DNA from: an uncultured Candidatus Bathyarchaeia archaeon
GTDB taxonomy: Archaea; Thermoproteota; CALKCG01; B24; DRYS01
Assembly (NCBI GenBank): GCA_964491605.1
Contig: CAZBGY010000003.1
Location: 24,678-88,677, forward strand
DNA length: 64,000 nt
Reading direction: 5' to 3'
Shown: piece after piece, positions 63,061-64,000 of the stretch
Position numbering within the stretch: position 1 is the first letter of the stretch
Layout of the letters: each line of letters begins with the position of its first letter
Position numbers and translations under genes: made by a program
Notes under the pieces: generated by a model
What the model was told of the DNA's origin: nothing
What the model saw: only the letters and a program-made list of their open reading frames with translations
Database searches by the model: none

Positions 63061-63519
63061 ATGATCGCGGTGGTAAGGCTGAGAGGTGTAGTCAACGTTA
63101 GGATTGATGTAGAGGAAACACTTAGAAGGCTTAGGCTAGTTAAGCCTAACCACTGCGTAGTCGTACCGGAGACGGCTGCATATCTAGGTATGATAAATAA
63201 GGTTAGGGATTGGGTTGCCTACGGCGAGATAGATCTGGAAACGCTTAAGCTCCTACTTAAAGAGAGGGGTAGAGTTATCGGGGATAAACCTTTAACAAAC
63301 GAGGTCTGTGAGAAGTTGGGTTTCAAAGACGTAGATAGTCTCGCCGAAGCTATATACTCTGGACGTGTAAGTTTTAAGGATCTAAAGATTATTAAGCCTG
63401 TATTTAGGTTGCATCCACCATCAAAAGGATACTATAAAAATGTGAAGAAGCATTATCCTGAAGGCTCCTTAGGATATTGGGGGAAGGATATACGGAAGCT
63501 TATCGAACGTATGGTTTAA
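63061..63519 (+). CDS. rpl30: Ribosomal protein L30 (uL30)
   Basis: VRLRGVVNVRIDVEETLRRLRL N-terminus. Confidence 0.85.
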   Translation: MIAVVRLRGVVNVRIDVEETLRRLRLVKPNHCVVVPETAAYLGMINKVRDWVAYGEIDLETLKLLLKERGRVIGDKPLTNEVCEKLGFKDVDSLAEAIYSGRVSFKDLKIIKPVFRLHPPSKGYYKNVKKHYPEGSLGYWGKDIRKLIERMV

Positions 63520-64000
63520 ACATACCATAACCAAGATCATAAATATCGTATTAGGTAGAGTGGATGGTATAAGTTTGCATATCATGCTAGTAGATTTACA
63601 TCGTGTAGCCGAAACTCATGTACGCATATCTTAGATGCACATAATCATGATATTTCACGAAACTTTTCTAATCTCTATCTAAACTTAATAAGGAAAACCT
63701 ATGGATTTGATGCTAAAACTTATTTAAGCAAAGTAGACAAAATAAAATAGTGGTTTAATAATCTTAAGAGGTAACCCGTTACAAGCTGATGGAAGTCATT
63801 AAAACCTGTTGAAATTGGTATGATATACTTGAAGAATAGGATTGCCTTACCTCTGATGCATATACCCGTCTCGCAGTACCAGATAGCTTCGTAACGAAGG
63901 AGATGATAAATTATACTACTCCGAGAGGATGAGAGATATCGAGCTAACAATTATCGAGTACAGCTAATATGATGAAGATTAGGGTAGAGCACTTAGAGTA

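Overview
This window is an archaeal chromosomal segment of about 44% GC. Three things point that way: a TFB/Gar1 pair, a ribosomal-protein operon containing L32e, L19e, S4e and RNase P Rpp29, and a tRNA that is far too long (about 128 nt) and so must contain one or more introns. An intron-bearing tRNA of this kind points to Thermoproteales, but that placement is inference.

The core content is:
- Housekeeping genes: TFB, Gar1, a Sun-family RNA methyltransferase, AhcY, ThiL, SOD, PurB, an HDAC-family enzyme, Fbp and TpiA.
- A large ribosomal-protein operon at 55.7-63.5 kb, running S3 to L30.
- An iron module, dtxR-feoA-feoB, with a perfect palindromic operator candidate upstream.
- Sugar and glycan genes: GH4, GH2, myo-inositol-1-phosphate synthase, a Wzx-like flippase, and a truncated UDP-glucose-dehydrogenase-family protein.
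- A cluster at 47.7-53.2 kb that resembles tetrahydromethanopterin biosynthesis.

The two most unusual loci are these.

(1) At 29.5-31.7 kb there is a minus-strand cluster: an MtrH-like methyltransferase with no canonical start codon, a NifX/NifB-type FeMo-cofactor-binding domain protein, a small zinc-ribbon protein with a Gly/Arg/Pro tail, and two adjacent tiny ORFs that are extraordinarily Trp/Tyr/Pro/Gly-rich. One of those two has a DUF5320-like architecture (aromatic/basic N-terminus followed by an acidic coiled coil). Next to this cluster lie the remains of a decayed MinD/CooC-like ATPase and a metallo-beta-lactamase (MBL)-fold gene. The whole cluster is followed by a 1.9 kb AT-rich region with almost no coding.

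(2) About 3 kb appears to have been inserted between fbp and tpiA. It carries a 270 bp element made of three stacked long hairpins, a winged-helix (wHTH) regulator, and two tandem paralogous genes of roughly 340-356 aa. These encode nucleotidyltransferase (NTase)-fold proteins of unknown family.

Several genes are interrupted, and in each case the cause could be real gene decay or an assembly error:
- an alcohol dehydrogenase with a single in-frame TGA;
- a radical SAM gene split by a G5 homopolymer frameshift;
- a CooC-like ATPase whose natural ATG lies one C5/G5 homopolymer slip out of frame.

No CRISPR array and no obvious transposase were seen.
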